Part shown: positions 36,326-49,773 of the stretch, in pieces | Position numbering within the stretch: the stretch's first letter is position 1 | Layout of the letters: each line of letters begins with the position of its first letter | Assembly: GCF_036971445.1 (NCBI RefSeq) | Contig: NC_091470.1 | Location: 156,736,001-156,800,000 of the forward strand | DNA: 64,000 nt | Source: Narcine bancroftii | Taxonomy: Eukaryota | Direction of reading: 5' to 3' | Translations under genes and position numbers: made by a program | The notes under the pieces: generated by a model | What the model was told of the DNA's origin: nothing | The model's input: the letters and a program-made list of their open reading frames with translations, nothing else | The model's database searches: none

Positions 36326-37729
36326 TATAGCTACATTCACATTAGCATTTCTTAAAAACCTGACACCAACTACAGTATAATTTAATCCTGCAAATCTAAA
36401 CTTGACCATTTTATATTCTTGCTGTTCTTTTACTCGGGTATACTTATAACAGCCTCAATGTCTTGCTCTTCTAACCTTTTCTGCATTATTTCAACATCCT
36501 AATCCATCCTTTCTTCATTTTGTGGATTTTCTTTCTCGAACTAGCCCTAACAACATGCAGTTGGACTATTTTTCATTGAACTGGTTTTTGATGTGTTTGT
36601 TTTAAATGTGCTTCCAACCAAATATTTATTCTATTTGCTCACTTAACTTTAAGTTTAGAGCAGAAATTTGCTGGAGGATCTCAGCAAGTCAAGCAGCATC
36701 AATGGAAGACAAAGAATGGCCAACTGAGAAATCTTGATGAAGGTTTCCGGCCCAAAACCTGACCCTCATTTGTCTTCCACAGATGCTGCTCAACCTGCCG
36801 AGTTTCTCCAATGGACTGTTTGCTTCCTCAGACTTTTTTTGATAACCTTCCTCATGATCCACAACTCATTTTCAAGTTGTTTGCAAGCTTACTAATCAGA
36901 CCAATTAGATCTTCATTCAAATCTTTATATTACAGAACCCCCAGCAGAACACACTAGTTATAGGCAGAAAAAACACACTTGCTCCACTTGTGTCTTGTAT
37001 GGTTAAGCCAAATTTCTATCAAACTTACAATTCATCATGCATCATCTTTCATGAGGGACCATGACAAACATTTTACTGAAGACCATCGAGTGCCCTTCCC
37101 TCAAATATCATCTTCAACATCTCTTCAAACAAGGCCTCCCCATACAAAGCCATACTGACTATACTTCCTAGTTCAAAACTAATCTATATGCAAGCAAATC
37201 CAAAGAATCTTCTCCAATAATTCCCTTACCACTGGTGCAAGGCTCAACAACCTATAACTGCCTGGATGATCCTTCTTAATGGAACAATATTGCCTATTCT
37301 CCAGTCTTCTAGGATTTTACCTATTGCTAGAAGATATCTGTCAACGGCCCAGTCATCTCCTACTTTGCCACTTTAATAAAACCATTAGACCCTGGGGACA
37401 TATCCACCATAACATTTTTCAAGAGACCCATAACCACCACCTTCTTAAGGTCGACATCCCCTAGAATATCACTTCCAGATCTCACCATTATTCATGTCAT
37501 TCTCTTTGGTGAATACTATTCATTAGGGATCCTTCCCATTTCCTCTGGCTCTATGCACAAATTCCCTTTTTTTCAAGACTCCTAAATAGCAAACTCAATC
37601 AGAGACTCATTTAAGGACACTTACTTTGCACATTATTTATTATTGAATATTTATTCTGCATTGTGCAGTTTGTTTGCATTTTTCTTTGTTTACATTTCTT
37701 TCTTTTGTACATGCATGTATTTTTTAAAA

Positions 37730-38330
37730 AATAATTTTTAAAATTTTTCACACTGTGAACCATATCAACCAAGATACGTACAAACGTTTCTCATTAAATA
37801 TACACAGTGGCATTTTCTCCCTTCTTCCCTCCCCCCTTCTCCAAAACCAATAAATATTCAACATATACAATAAAACCATAAAACAATGTCTTCACACAAA
37901 GGAAAAGCAAACAAGAAAAATGTGTCATCCACTTTTACACACTAAATCTAATCGTTTTTGTCTTCTTATCATTTTAGGGGGTGAAGGTCCGAGGCAAACT
38001 CTCTCTGTTATATTCCATATCTGGTTCCCAAATTTGTTCAAACAATGTGACTTTATTTTTTAAATTTTGGTTTTTTTTCTAATGGAATACATTTATTCAT
38101 TTCCATGTCCCATTGCTGAATTCTCAGGCTCTCTTCCATTTTCCAAGTTGACATTATACATTTTTTTGCTACTGCTAAGGCTATCATAATGAGTCTTTTT
38201 TGCACTTTATCCAATTTGAAGCCTAATTCTTTACTTCTTATGTTACTTAAAAGAAAGATCACTGGATTTTTGGGTATGTTGTTCATTGTGATTTTATTTT
38301 ATTTCTGATTTAGTTCTTCCCAAAACGTAT
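37730..38330 (-). mobile_element. L1/Tx1-like LINE 3' fragment (related at 53565-54240 minus and 3931-4019 plus)
   Basis: ORF2 C-terminus IALAVAKKCIMSTWK...CIPLEK; A-rich tail; its 3' UTR matches 3931-4019. Confidence 0.65.
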
Positions 38331-38779
38331 TCACTTTCGCACGTGCCCAATTGCATGTACATGCATGTATTCTTGATACTTTTCTGCACTACCGGAAAGC
38401 AGAAATTCTGCTTGGCCCTGCGGGAAAAATACTCTCAGGGTTGCATGCAATTCTGACAATAAATCTGAACATTGAACTTGACTGACCCCTTTGCTCTCCT
38501 TAATCCTACTTGCCAAGAATATTTCATGGCATCTCTTAGGTTTTATAATCCAAGGCTCATAATTCAAGGCTCCTGCACCTTTCCATCTTTATTCTTGATC
38601 TTTAAAGGAGCTTGCCTGCTCCAAATTCTAAGCTGCTGGCCTCCCCATACAAATTGCTTCAGATGTGGATTTTGATCATTGATCCGAAAATTTTCTCCGT
38701 CAAGCTGGGCTTATTTCCCAGTACAAGGAAAGAATAGTATGGTACCATTGTTTGTACCATCTACCTGTTGCTTCAGGAA

Positions 38780-39198
38780 ACTCTGTGCACAGGCAAAACC
38801 CTCCCCAGCATTAAGAACATCTACAGTGAATGCTGCTGTTGGAGAGCAGCAGCAATCAAGGAACCACACCACCCAACACATGCTCTGTTCTCACTGCTAC
38901 CATCAGGAAAAAGGTATAGGTGCCACAAGACTCGCACCACCTGGTTCTACCCCATCTCCATTCACATCAACAATCTCAATCAGGGGCTCATTTAAGGACT
39001 CTTACCTTTGCACTTTAATGATTTTTTTCTCTCTGTATTGCAGTTTGTTTACATTTCTTTATTTGTTTACATGTGTACATTGAGTAGTATTTTTTTCTTT
39101 GCACTACCAATAAGTGGTAATTCTGCCTCACCCCTAGGAAAAAAAATGTGACTGTGTGATGTCATGTATGTAGTACTCTGACAACAAATCTGAAATCT
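38780..39198 (+). mobile_element. Rex1-type 3' end (related copies at about 54250-54715, 37575-37720 and 63595-63680)
   Basis: HPTHALFSLLPSGKRYR and AAATCTGAAATCT tail shared among copies. Confidence 0.7.
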
Positions 39199-39204
39199 AT
39201 CATG

Positions 39205-41070
39205 AAATATTATTAGCAGACAAAGCTAAAGAAAATTCCAAGGTATTTTAAGTAATATTAAGAACAGGAGGATAACCACGGAATGAGTATAACCTGTTAG
39301 GAAGAAATGTGTGTAAAGTTGGAGAATATGTGTAGGTCTCAAATACGGCATGTAGGTGCTCTGTGGTTAATAAGGGATTACTTCAGATGGGATGCAAGTG
39401 GAAAGAAAAAAGTAAGAACCACTGTATTAGAGCATGTTTACATTACAAAAGGGAAGATACATTAGATGCTTTGATACAATAGTGAATAAATTCCCAGAGC
39501 TTGATAAAATGTATTCTAAGCTGGGATAGAAGGCAAGGGATTTAGATTTTCACATCCTTGATGTTCAGGACCAGCTGTTCAAGGGGGACAGGACAGCAGG
39601 GAGAAGTCATTAATTACAGACCTGCAAAACTAATATAAGAAAATTATAAAGAAAAAATTCTGAGGTAATGAAATAATCCATCCTCAGAAAGGCTCAGTTA
39701 CTGCAGCGATGTTGGCAAAAGACAGTATCCCAAGGTATTTGATCTGTGTTTTTTTTTTGAAGTAACAAAATACATTCAATGAGGCAGGGCAATTGTTGAT
39801 GCAAATTTTACTAAAATCTTTGACAAGATCACACGGGGATGGATGGTTCAAAAAGTAAGAGCCCCTGAAATCAAAGGCAAGTAGGTAAATTGGATCCAAA
39901 GTTGGTAAAAGGAGAGAGGACGATGATGAAGGGTTACTTTTGTGAGCAGTTGTGTGCAAGGACTACTGCTGGAACTCTTCAATTTCTCATATTTATCATC
40001 ATTTGGAAACAAATATAGGACACAATTAACAAATTTTCAGACAAGATGAAAATTTGAAATGTTGCTGACAATGAAGAGAATAATATCAGGTTACAGATAG
40101 TGCAAGTTGGAAGGAGAACTGCCAGTTGGAATTTAATACCAATAAATGTAAGGTGATTCTTTTAAAAGGTTCAACAAGTGTAGGACACGTGTCATGAATA
40201 GAAAGGCCCTGATGAGGAACAGAAGGCACCAGTTCATAGACTAAAAGGGTGGCAGCACAGATAGACAAGGTGGTGAAGGTAGCCTATAGGCTGCTTGGCT
40301 TCATTACCCTGGACAGAGGTCATGGCAGAATTTTATACAATTGGTAGGCTGTAGCTGGAGTATTTCCACCACACAATGGGTGCAGAGGAGACTTAGCAGG
40401 ACGTTACTGCGATGGAAGGTTTCAGTATGTAAGACTGGTAGTAAAAACACAATGCTGGAGAAACTCACCACATCAAACTGTGCCCTTTATATAGCAAAGA
40501 TAAAAATACATAATCAATGTTTTAGGCTCGAGGAAGAATCAAATGTCAGCAGGTAAGGGTAAGGGGTGAGGCCTGGTCGCAAAAGCAAGAGGTAAAAGGT
40601 GGAGAAGGGAGGGAGGAGACAGCAGCAAGCAAGAGGAGGCTAGGTGAATAGAGAGGAAAAGGAGTGAAGAGCTAACGGGGAAAGGAGAGCAGATTCGCAG
40701 GAACCGGAAAAGTCAACGTTCATGCCATTCGGCTAGAGAGTGCCCAGACAGAAAATCAGGTGGTGTTCCTCCAATTTACAGGTGATCTTGGTGGGATGGT
40801 ACATGAGGCCATAAACAGACACAAGTATTTTTTATCTTTGCTATAAAATACACTGTTTGACCTGCTGAGTTTCTTCAGCTTTGTTTTTACTTCAACTAGT
40901 GTCGGCAGACTTTCATGTTTTACTTTTCCTTTCATATGATAGACTGGGTTTGTTTATCTTGGAGCAGAGGAGAGAATCTGATAGAAGTAAACAAAATGAG
41001 AAAAATAGGGGGGTAGATAATGAGCTTCCCGATAAAGAGATGACATAAAGCAAGAAACATTGATTTAATC
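39205..41070 (+). mobile_element. Highly degraded CR1 LINE interrupted by a Penelope-like element (about 40440-40925)
   Basis: Residual KSLDK/FSDKMK-like motifs; insert bounded by AAAAACACAATGCTGGAGAAACTCA / CCTGCTGAGTTTCTTCAGC. Confidence 0.55.
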
Positions 41071-43129
41071 TGGAGTAATCAGGGTTGGGGGGGTGGGGGG
41101 GGGTGGAGGGGAAGGGGGAGAAAAAAAAAAACAGACAAAATACTGGTTACAAGAATAAGCTAATCTTTTATTCAAACTGATGTTTCACTCTTATTCCACC
41201 AACCTCACTTTTGTACCATTAAATAAATTCCACCTTATTTAAATCAGTTTGTCATCAGGACAAAATATCGTCCACTGAAAATTCTGTCACTTGTCCTAAA
41301 TCACCTGGCACTGAGCACTGACCACCTTGAGGTATATTGTTTCTGAATTCACAGCATTAAGTGCACATCAAATAGCTTCCTCTTCTTCATTACAGGTTCC
41401 TCAATATCAAGGGCAACTTGTTATTCAATGATACCAATGTGAGACCCAAAAACTTCCCTCTTCCATATTCCCTCCAGTGCTGCATCCATTGTCATTTACA
41501 CTGCTTTTGTGTGCTCCCCATGCATTCATCACTAGCACGAATGATTCTCCTCTGCTTGGCGAAGTCGTGGGCAAGGGGGTTCCAGCAGTTGGTCTTATTG
41601 CACATTTTCAAGACTTTTCCAGTCTATCTGGAAATAGTCAGGTTGCACAGAAACATCGACCAAACCAACAATCAAGCACCCATTTCTTCTAATCACATTA
41701 ATCCTGTTTTTTTGTCTCCCCACATTATCACACTGTATTACTGTACATGTCGCCATACAAGATGGCTGGTGTATAATTCAATTCCCATAAAATGTAGGTT
41801 TTGAACTATACTCAATGTATGACTACCCAAGTCTGGTACTTACCAACCATCCCACTGACCATGGAGTGCTGCTATTACAATATTTTAAAAGCTAATTACA
41901 CATAAAGGTTTACATTTTATTATTTTAAAATAAACCACCATCAGCTCCTTTAACAGCCCGCTTTAAGCCTGTACAGAGCCCATGGCAGTCAGATTGGGTG
42001 GATGGACCAGGCAGGGAAGTGCTGAAACCTCACTGTTCGTCCGCTGTTGCAAATGGCAACTAGTGTATGCTATTAGCTTCATTTGCTGTGTTGTTACTTT
42101 AAGGTATTTTAAACAGGTTTATAATACATTTTTATTGTTTTAATATAAGAAGTTTCAGTAGAAAAATATTTAGTGGTAGGTCTGTAGAAGTTATATGCAC
42201 ATTTTATGTTGTTCTCCTTTGCCATGGGGACACTAAACCACAGGATAATAAGGTTCGGATTTTATACTTGATGTTCAAGATGATGCCTGGTTTTGAGGTG
42301 ACTTTTTAAGGTTCCGATACCATCTGATACACTGACATACACACTACCTCTCACACACCATTGAGAATTCAATGGTCAATAAATCCTACCAGTTTGTGGA
42401 ATGTGAGCAGAAGCCAGAGCACACTGAGGAAACCGACCTGGCCCCAGGGAAAACAAAGGCAGTACTGGAGATCAGGACTGCATCCACATCATTGGAGAGG
42501 GATACCAGTGACACTGCTGGATTTTCCTAACCTGTTGCCATGAAAGGGTTCATTTTAAAAGTATGCTGTTGAACCTGTGAACAATCCTATGAAGCCAACT
42601 TAATGCAATTGGGGCCCCCTCAGTGCTGGGGATGTTGACCTGACAGAAGTATGGTTAGCCTGCAGATGGATTCAGAAGTATCTGACAAGAAAGCATCAGA
42701 GGTTTCACTCCCATGTTTTGATTTCAAGTTTATTGTCACATTAACATGGGGTGGGAAGGCTAGTGCAAGGTTATTACAGAACCAGTCACCGGAGTTTGAG
42801 TCCCGCGCTGTCTGCAAGGAATTCATACTTTCTGCGTGGGTTTCTTCCAAGTACTTTGGTTTTCTCCCACCATTAAAAAAGGTTCCAGGATGTTGGTCAA
42901 TAGGATGTATTTGGGTAGCACGGGCTCATGTACTGAAAGGAACTTGCTACCGTGCTGCATATCTAAATTTAAAATGTAATAAGTTTTTAAAAATTTAAAT
43001 TTAATAAATGCAATGATATAGGTCATTTTGCAAGCAGATATCTAATACTTAGGACAACAGGCAAGACCATACAAACATTAGAGTTACAGAGAGATCAGAA
43101 AGCAAACAATTTTACCAATTTGGGTTAAT

Positions 43130-44085
43130 TCAGGGATCTGATAATGATAATTGTCTTTGAATTTGGTGGAGTGAGCACACATCTTTCTTATAGAAGTGGG
43201 GTGAAGAGAGTATGGTTGAGGTGGGATAAGTCCCTTGATATTTCAGCTGCTTTTCCAAAGACAAAACAGGAGTTATAGATGGAGTTGATGAAAGGGAGGG
43301 CTGATATGCACGATGACCTGAGCCACATTCAAAACCCTATGCAGATTCTGGTCTTGAGTGAAGCAGCTCCCATACCAGTTACGCATCCTGACAAAATGCT
43401 TTCAGTGGTGCACCCATACAAGTTGCCAGGGGATGCAAGTGACATGTCCAATTTCCTCAGGCTACTGGGAAGTAGAGGCATTGGGAAGCTTTCTTGGCCT
43501 TTGAATCAATGTTATTGGAGATGTTTGCTCCAGAAGATGAAAGCTGTCTACAATATCCATCTCCGCAATATTACCATGGATCAGGGAGTGAATACCAACC
43601 CTCTTCCAGAAGTCTATTGACCAGCTCTTTAGCCTTGTTAACTTTGAGAGAGGTTGTTGTTTTGGAGCTATGTTTGGGCATACTCTCATGAGTGTACAAG
43701 GAGTATAGAAGAGGACAGAGTACAAAGTCTTGTGATATGCCAGTACTGACGTTGATCAGAGGAGGTGCTGGCATCAATCTTCATATATTGCAGCTTGTGG
43801 AATAGAAGGTCACAGATCCAATTGCAGATAAGCATGCTGAGAACGAAGCCACATAGCTTGGGGAGGAGTTTGGTGCTATTGAAAGTGAGTACCAATTGAT
43901 AAATAGTTAGAGAGCTGGTGTCCTTGTTGTCCAGGTATTTCAGGGCTTTGTGTTGGGACAGGGAAATTGCACCTGCTGTGGACTTGTTTCAGCAGTATTC
44001 AACCAGAACAGTCAAAGGGTGCTGGAAGGCTGGAGTCAATGTGAGCCATGACCAACCTCTCAAAGCACATCATGATGGAGGACAT
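43130..44085 (-). mobile_element. Degraded Rex1/Babar-type LINE
   Basis: CNWICDLL, STGISQ..VLCPLLYSLYTH, KVNKAKELV. Confidence 0.65.
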
Positions 44086-44579
44086 CAGAGTTACCAATCA
44101 AAAGGCACATCACTACATTCTTCAATACAGAAAATCTCAAGTATCACGACTACCTGGTCTACCACAGGATTTGTGCTAGGATTATGGTCCCAATCTTTGA
44201 ACAAGCTCCTCAATCCATTTACTACTTGTAACATGCATGAATCAAAAATGAGTTCACTTATGAACACCAAGCTTTGGGGTATTTGGGATAGGTGAGGGAA
44301 TTCATAGCAGGTATTGTTAGTCTAAAATATAAACACACTGTCGAAAAGAGCAACCATTCCTCCCCACCCACCCCAAAGACAAACCCTTGTTAAACATTGA
44401 TGCAGTGTTGCTGAGAGTAAAATAGCACCTTGAGGTGTAAAATGAGCAGCAGGAAATGCTAATCCAATCACTGCCATCCTGTTCACCACACTGAATCACA
44501 TTCAACATCCAAGGACCCGATACCCGATACCGATGTTGGACCTGGCGCAGTTATAGAAATAGAGCAAGTGTGACACTAA

Positions 44580-45045
44580 TGAACCAGTGTCAGGGCAGTG
44601 GGCGGGTAACTTGGCTCGCTTCCTGGTGACCTGCCCCACTCTCAGCCCACAGGGGAAGCGGCCTCCTCTCCCTCCCTCCCCCGAAGCCCAGGCTCAAAGC
44701 CAGGCCGGGCCGAGAGCCGCAGCAAACACCCTGGGCCCCGTTCTGCTGCGGCCTTTACCTCGACATGAAACCCGTCCTTCCGATCCGGATCCTGGTCGAG
44801 CAGCCGAACCGCGGTCCCACTGGAATTTTTTCGACACTCCTTTTCCCCCCCCCCCACCCCCCCCAAACCCAAATGACCGGACTGAACCAAGACTGCAGTA
44901 ACCAGAAGCGGCTAATATGGCGGCCGCATAGGGGACTGGTGCACCACATAAATACTTCCGGCTCCGCGGTCGCACAGGGGGCAGGTGCACCACATAAATA
45001 CTTCCGGCTCCGCGGCCGCCGGCACCCCCTGTCGACGGTTCCCAG
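44580..45045 (-). promoter_or_regulatory. UBE2J2: CpG-island promoter and probable non-coding first exon of UBE2J2
   Basis: GC/CpG-rich island upstream of the ATG exon; donor GAG|GTAAAG with exon end at 44759; YY1-like AATATGGCGGC at 44914-44924; two ETS motifs CCGGAAGT. Confidence 0.72.
44924..45015. repeat. Two tandem copies of a 46-bp promoter unit with an identical 32-bp core
   Basis: GGTGCACCACATAAATACTTCCGGCTCCGCGG at 44938-44969 and 44984-45015. Confidence 0.9.
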
Positions 45046-47064
45046 GTCAGATTTGTTGTCAGAGTACATATATGACACCACATACAACAGAAACACTTCT
45101 GTTTGGATGCTCTTCTTCAGTTTTGAATCTTGTTTCAGCATATTCTTGATCACACTTTAGTTGCACCTGCTTTGGCACTCTTGTTGTTTCTTGATCTTTG
45201 CCTATCAGATCAATGGAATAATGAGGGCTCAGTGGTGCAGTGAGTTCCAGACCCACTTTCAATCCTGAACTCAGATTTTATCTGTGGAACCTGCATTGAT
45301 ATTGTCCCAGTGCTTGAAGTTGTCTGCTGTACATAGCCAATTTGCAGAAATGAATCAGAGGGCAGGGGTTATTGCTGACAACTATGCTTTGTGCCAGGTT
45401 GGAGGTCTCCTCCTCTTCAGAAGCTCTCTTCCCCCAGATGGCCAGTTCAAGCTGGTACACTAAATTTCATCACAAGATACAAGAGCAGAAGTCCATCTGC
45501 CTTATCAGTCAGCTCCACTCCCCAGTCTTCTTCCCGTAACCCTTGATGCCCTGACTAATCAAATACCTGTCAATCTCTGTCAACCTAATTTCCACTGCCA
45601 TCTGTGGTAACAAGTTCCACAATTCATCAACATCTGCTTTCACTGTCTGAGATTTGATTAGTGGCATGTTTTCCAGGGTCGCACTGGAAAAGCTAGTCAG
45701 AGAGCATGCTGTACAGCAGGGCTATGTTGGGACTGAACCTTTGTTCTGCAGCTGTTCATTGTGAGTTCTCTTGCGTACTCAAATGTATCTACAGTGAGAG
45801 GTCAGCATCACTTGCACGTGATAGAGAACTACTTGAGGTTGGGGGTGACTTTGATTCAGTGGATGGCAGTATCACACAGAATCTACAGTTTCCCATTAAT
45901 TCTTCAGACAAGCTCCACACTAAAAGATTGCTATGGGGCAAAGTTGCACATCTTTGTCACCCGATGACATGGAGTTAATGCATATCTACCACTGAACTTT
46001 TATTTCAAAACTTTTAAAAAGCTTAACTATTTTTAAAAAATATGTACAGAGCTCAAATAACCAGATGCTAACCTCAGCTTTGAATCCCAGTCAGGAGCGT
46101 CCATAGTCATCTTTGACGAGTCCCTGAAGGCTTTTCTATGACAAATCTATGTTAACCCTGACAAGGGCAGCACGGTTAATATAGCGGTTAGTGCAAACGC
46201 TTTTACAACACCAGTGACCTGGGTTTGAACCTGCCGCTGTCTGTAAGTTTATACATTCTCCCCGTGTCTGCATGGGTTCTTCTAGGTGCTACGGTTTCAG
46301 AATCAGAATTAATTGTCATGAAGTGTGGTTGTTCCTCCCACCCTTCAAAATGTACAGGAGTTGTAGGTGAATTGGGCAGCATGGGCTCGTAGGCCAGAAG
46401 GGCTTGTTACCATGCTGTCTAAATTTCAAAACAATTCGTGTCTGTGACATAGCCTAATGCACAGGCAGACATTTTGCTGTTGGGCACCCTTGGCCTGCTG
46501 GTGACATAAAGAAAGCAAATCAGTGCAGTTCTTATTGATGGGTGGGGGAAAAGCATTGCAATGGGAAGATACAAGAATGAGAGATGAGAAGGCAATGGAC
46601 AGTAAATGCTAAGCAGCAGTAAGAAGTAGCTGAGGTAGACATTGCAGCAAGTGTACATGTGCAGGTGATGAAAGAACGGACATGGGAGTGAGAGGAAACA
46701 TAAACAGCCACTTAGTGAGGTCAGTTATACAGCAGGAAACAGGCTCTTTGGCCCAACTTGTCCATGTCAGCTAAGTTGCCTACCCAAGCTAGTCCCATTT
46801 TCTGTTTCGCCTAGATTCGCAAAAAACTTTCCTGCTCATTTACTTGTCCAAATGTGGCAGGAGAGAGGGAAAGAAAACAAATTCAGTGGCAGGTGTAGCT
46901 GAGGGAAGAGGGTTCAGATGTTTTGGAATGCATAATTTTTTGTCAACTCACAAGTTACTACAAATTCCAGTAACCTGTTTGGAATCATAATACTTTACAA
47001 CACACAAGGCAATTCAAAACTTTATGTTATGTCCACCTCAGCCCATTGGAAGAACAATGCAAAT

Positions 47065-47716
47065 CAACCATTTTCAACACAGGCAATATGGCCCCACCAA
47101 GGGCCACAGCACATAAAGTAAAAGCTTTGTTTTCTTTTCACTTCACGTAACAGATTTTTTTTGTTTTTATGAAGTCAGTAGAAGTATAGAAGAAACCAAC
47201 GAAACATGAATGCTTCACCTTAAACTTTGAGCGGAGACCCAAGAGGGCCATAGCCAAAAATTAATTGAGAATGGCTGCCCAAATCACCTTAAAATACGTG
47301 ACTAATTGCATATTAAAAACTCAAATCAGCTTTTAATATAGCTAGAAGATCCCAGATCTTCCTTCTTGTGGGGGGGGGGGGGGGGAAATGAGGTTCCTTC
47401 ATTGTTGTCCACTTGAAAGAACACTATGATGGATATAATTGCTGATACAAAACATATCAGTCCCTTTATAATGGAAATTATTGTCAATAGCTCAAAAATC
47501 CTCCAGGCAGCCATTCTCAGCAGTGGCCGTACAGCCCCATTGTGGGGCCACAGCACATTTAAAATGGGCCACAGACTGAAATCATGAAATACCTTTTATA
47601 TAGTCAGTACGGAAGAAACCAACTAAACTTGACTGCATTACAGGGAAAGGGGCCCATAAACTTTGACCAGAATCCGAAGGGAGCCAGAGCCCAAAAAGAA
47701 GAGTTGAGAATGGCTG
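47065..47716. mobile_element. Two related hAT-like MITEs (about 47065-47278 and 47507-47716)
   Basis: CAGCCATTCTCA...TTGAGAATGGCTG termini and shared internal GGGCCACAGCACAT. Confidence 0.55.
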
Positions 47717-47895
47717 CTCTATGGCAATGGTTAGTGTACTATCCATTACCCACTTATTTTATGGTCTAAGATAGATTGAAATAATCAACATAAATAAAAT
47801 AGCAGCAAAAGATTTATTGGGACAAGGAGTTACAGCTTGGCCCAGTAAACCGTAAATAATAGTGGAACAAAGTAAAGGGTAGGACTGATCAAGAC

Positions 47896-47901
47896 TTTAT
47901 T
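47896..47901 (-). terminator. Candidate MRPL20 polyadenylation signal (AATAAA)
   Basis: AATAAA on minus about 310 nt past the stop; a second one at 47813-47818. Confidence 0.4.
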
Positions 47902-48213
47902 GGTCATGTCTTTTAAATATAATCAAATATTTTTCAGAACAAGTACAGATGATCAAAGCTGACAGGGACACCAAATGTTTCTCCCTAGCCGATCACATTT
48001 TCCAAGTTACTACAAAAACCTTATTGAAGAACTAAATTTAACTATTATTTTGATTCAAGTATGTACAGTATTGAGAGGTTTTTTTTGTCAAAACCACACT
48101 GCCAAAAATATTTTGGACTGATATGAAGTCTGTTGTAAATGTTTTGTTAAATTGCCAAAGTCAGTTACATGACAGATGAAAATTATTTACAGTAATTATT
48201 CATGTCCACTCCT

Positions 48214-48387
48214 TTAGTCACAGTGTACAATGCGTGAAAATATTCCAGTGGGTTCTCTGCCATCGCCTAATGCATCAAGGAATCCTTCCTCCCGCCTTCG
48301 CTTTGCCAGTGCTGCCAAGGACTTGAATGTCTTTGGTTCGTATACAGCCAAGTCTGCAAGAACTTTCCTATTTAGTTCCACTTGACT
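48214..48387 (-). CDS. MRPL20: Mitochondrial ribosomal protein L20 (bL20m), exon 4
   Basis: TAG acceptor; [60 protein letters not shown]. Confidence 0.96.
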   Translation of the reverse strand, partial: SQVELNRKVLADLAVYEPKTFKSLAALAKRRREEGFLDALGDGREPTGIFSRIVHCD

Positions 48388-48624
48388 CTAGGAAAACATA
48401 AAATAACAGCTTTAATTAATCAAAACTCCTCCTAGCACAATTTTTTTCTGCTATCAAGTCTCAAGTTAGAAGTCCAAAAATAGCACGCAGAGTGGAAAGC
48501 AGCAATATACCGTGCTTTGTCAAACTCCAAAATTCTTGCAGTGACCCATGTACAAATGTCTCAGAATGTTTCTTACACATGTGTTACATGAGGTCAGCTG
48601 TACCATGGGTCTTGATATCACTTT

Positions 48625-48930
48625 TTATGGACAGCCAGCGTCTTTTTCCCAGGTCATGAATGGCAAACACTAGGGGACATCTCTACAAAGTGAAGGGAGG
48701 AAAGTTTAGGGGAGACATCAGTTGTGGGTGCCTTATGTTGGTGCCAGGGATGGTGGCGAAGGCTGAAACATTTGGGGCATTTAAGAGACTCTTAGACAAG
48801 CACATGGATAAAAGACAAGCAGAAGGTTACAAGGTACGAAGGGTTTAGTACTTTTTTTGGGGTAGGAATATATAGGACAGCACAACATTGAAGGCTGAAG
48901 GGCCTGTACTGTGTTTTAATGCTTTATGTA
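48625..48930 (+). mobile_element. CR1 LINE 3' fragment
   Basis: TRGHLYKVKGGKFRGD...FKRLLDKHMD; similar to 13960-14125 and 59172-60053. Confidence 0.7.
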
Positions 48931-49695
48931 GTCAAACAAATACAATTTATACAACACATTCTCCCAATTGAACCAGACAACTTTTCACCTTTCCCACAGG
49001 GCTGATGGATCCATTTATTCTTCAAATTTATTTACAACTAACTAAAGATGTGGAAAAAAATTGAATGTGTTCACTTTTAGGCCAGTAATCAATCACAAAT
49101 GTTCCAGGTTTTAAGTGTGCATGGCATGGAACGCGATGCAATTTTGACATTTCCCACAGAAATTATCAAAAATAAATTGCTTTCTAACATACATTTCTTT
49201 CTAATCTCTTGATTTTACATTTTAGGAAGATGAACCACCAGGATTTTACACTGTAGCTATACCTTGGAGCATCATTGCAAGTCAATTACTTTATTCCCAT
49301 GCTGATGAACATAGGTGTTAATACATCACTATTTTTACAAGAGTTCCAAAACAGCAAATTAGCTAAACCATCAGCTTGTTTTAGCTGGTTTGACTGCTGG
49401 AAAGAACACTAGGATAATTCTTACATCTCCTGAATTGTATCTACCTGCAATCTGTTTCATATTTCATGAAGTATACACCACTTCTGGCATGCTCTCATTG
49501 AAGCAACAGTGGAAGAACATGTTAAAAATTCTCAAAACAGCTCAAATCCATCAGGTCCTGATTTCAAGGCTATGATCTCAGCCAAAACTGTTGCAGATCA
49601 CAAGAATCCCTCATGTCAATACAAATTAAACAGCTTGCTCTTCAGAATTTGACCAAGATCCTCAATACACAAATATTTATATACTGCATACTCAC

Positions 49696-49773
49696 CTTGA
49701 TTAAATTACAAATCAGTACTGGATATTTCAACCCATGTTCCCGGGAAGCTGCTGCTATCCTGCTTATCCATAG
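49696..49773 (-). CDS. MRPL20: MRPL20 exon 3
   Basis: 78 nt, CAG/GTGAGT; [26 protein letters not shown]. Confidence 0.95.

Noticed and set aside
44587-45160. Overlapping ORFs in the UBE2J2 CpG island
   Set aside because: Low-complexity GC-rich translations with no recognisable domain.
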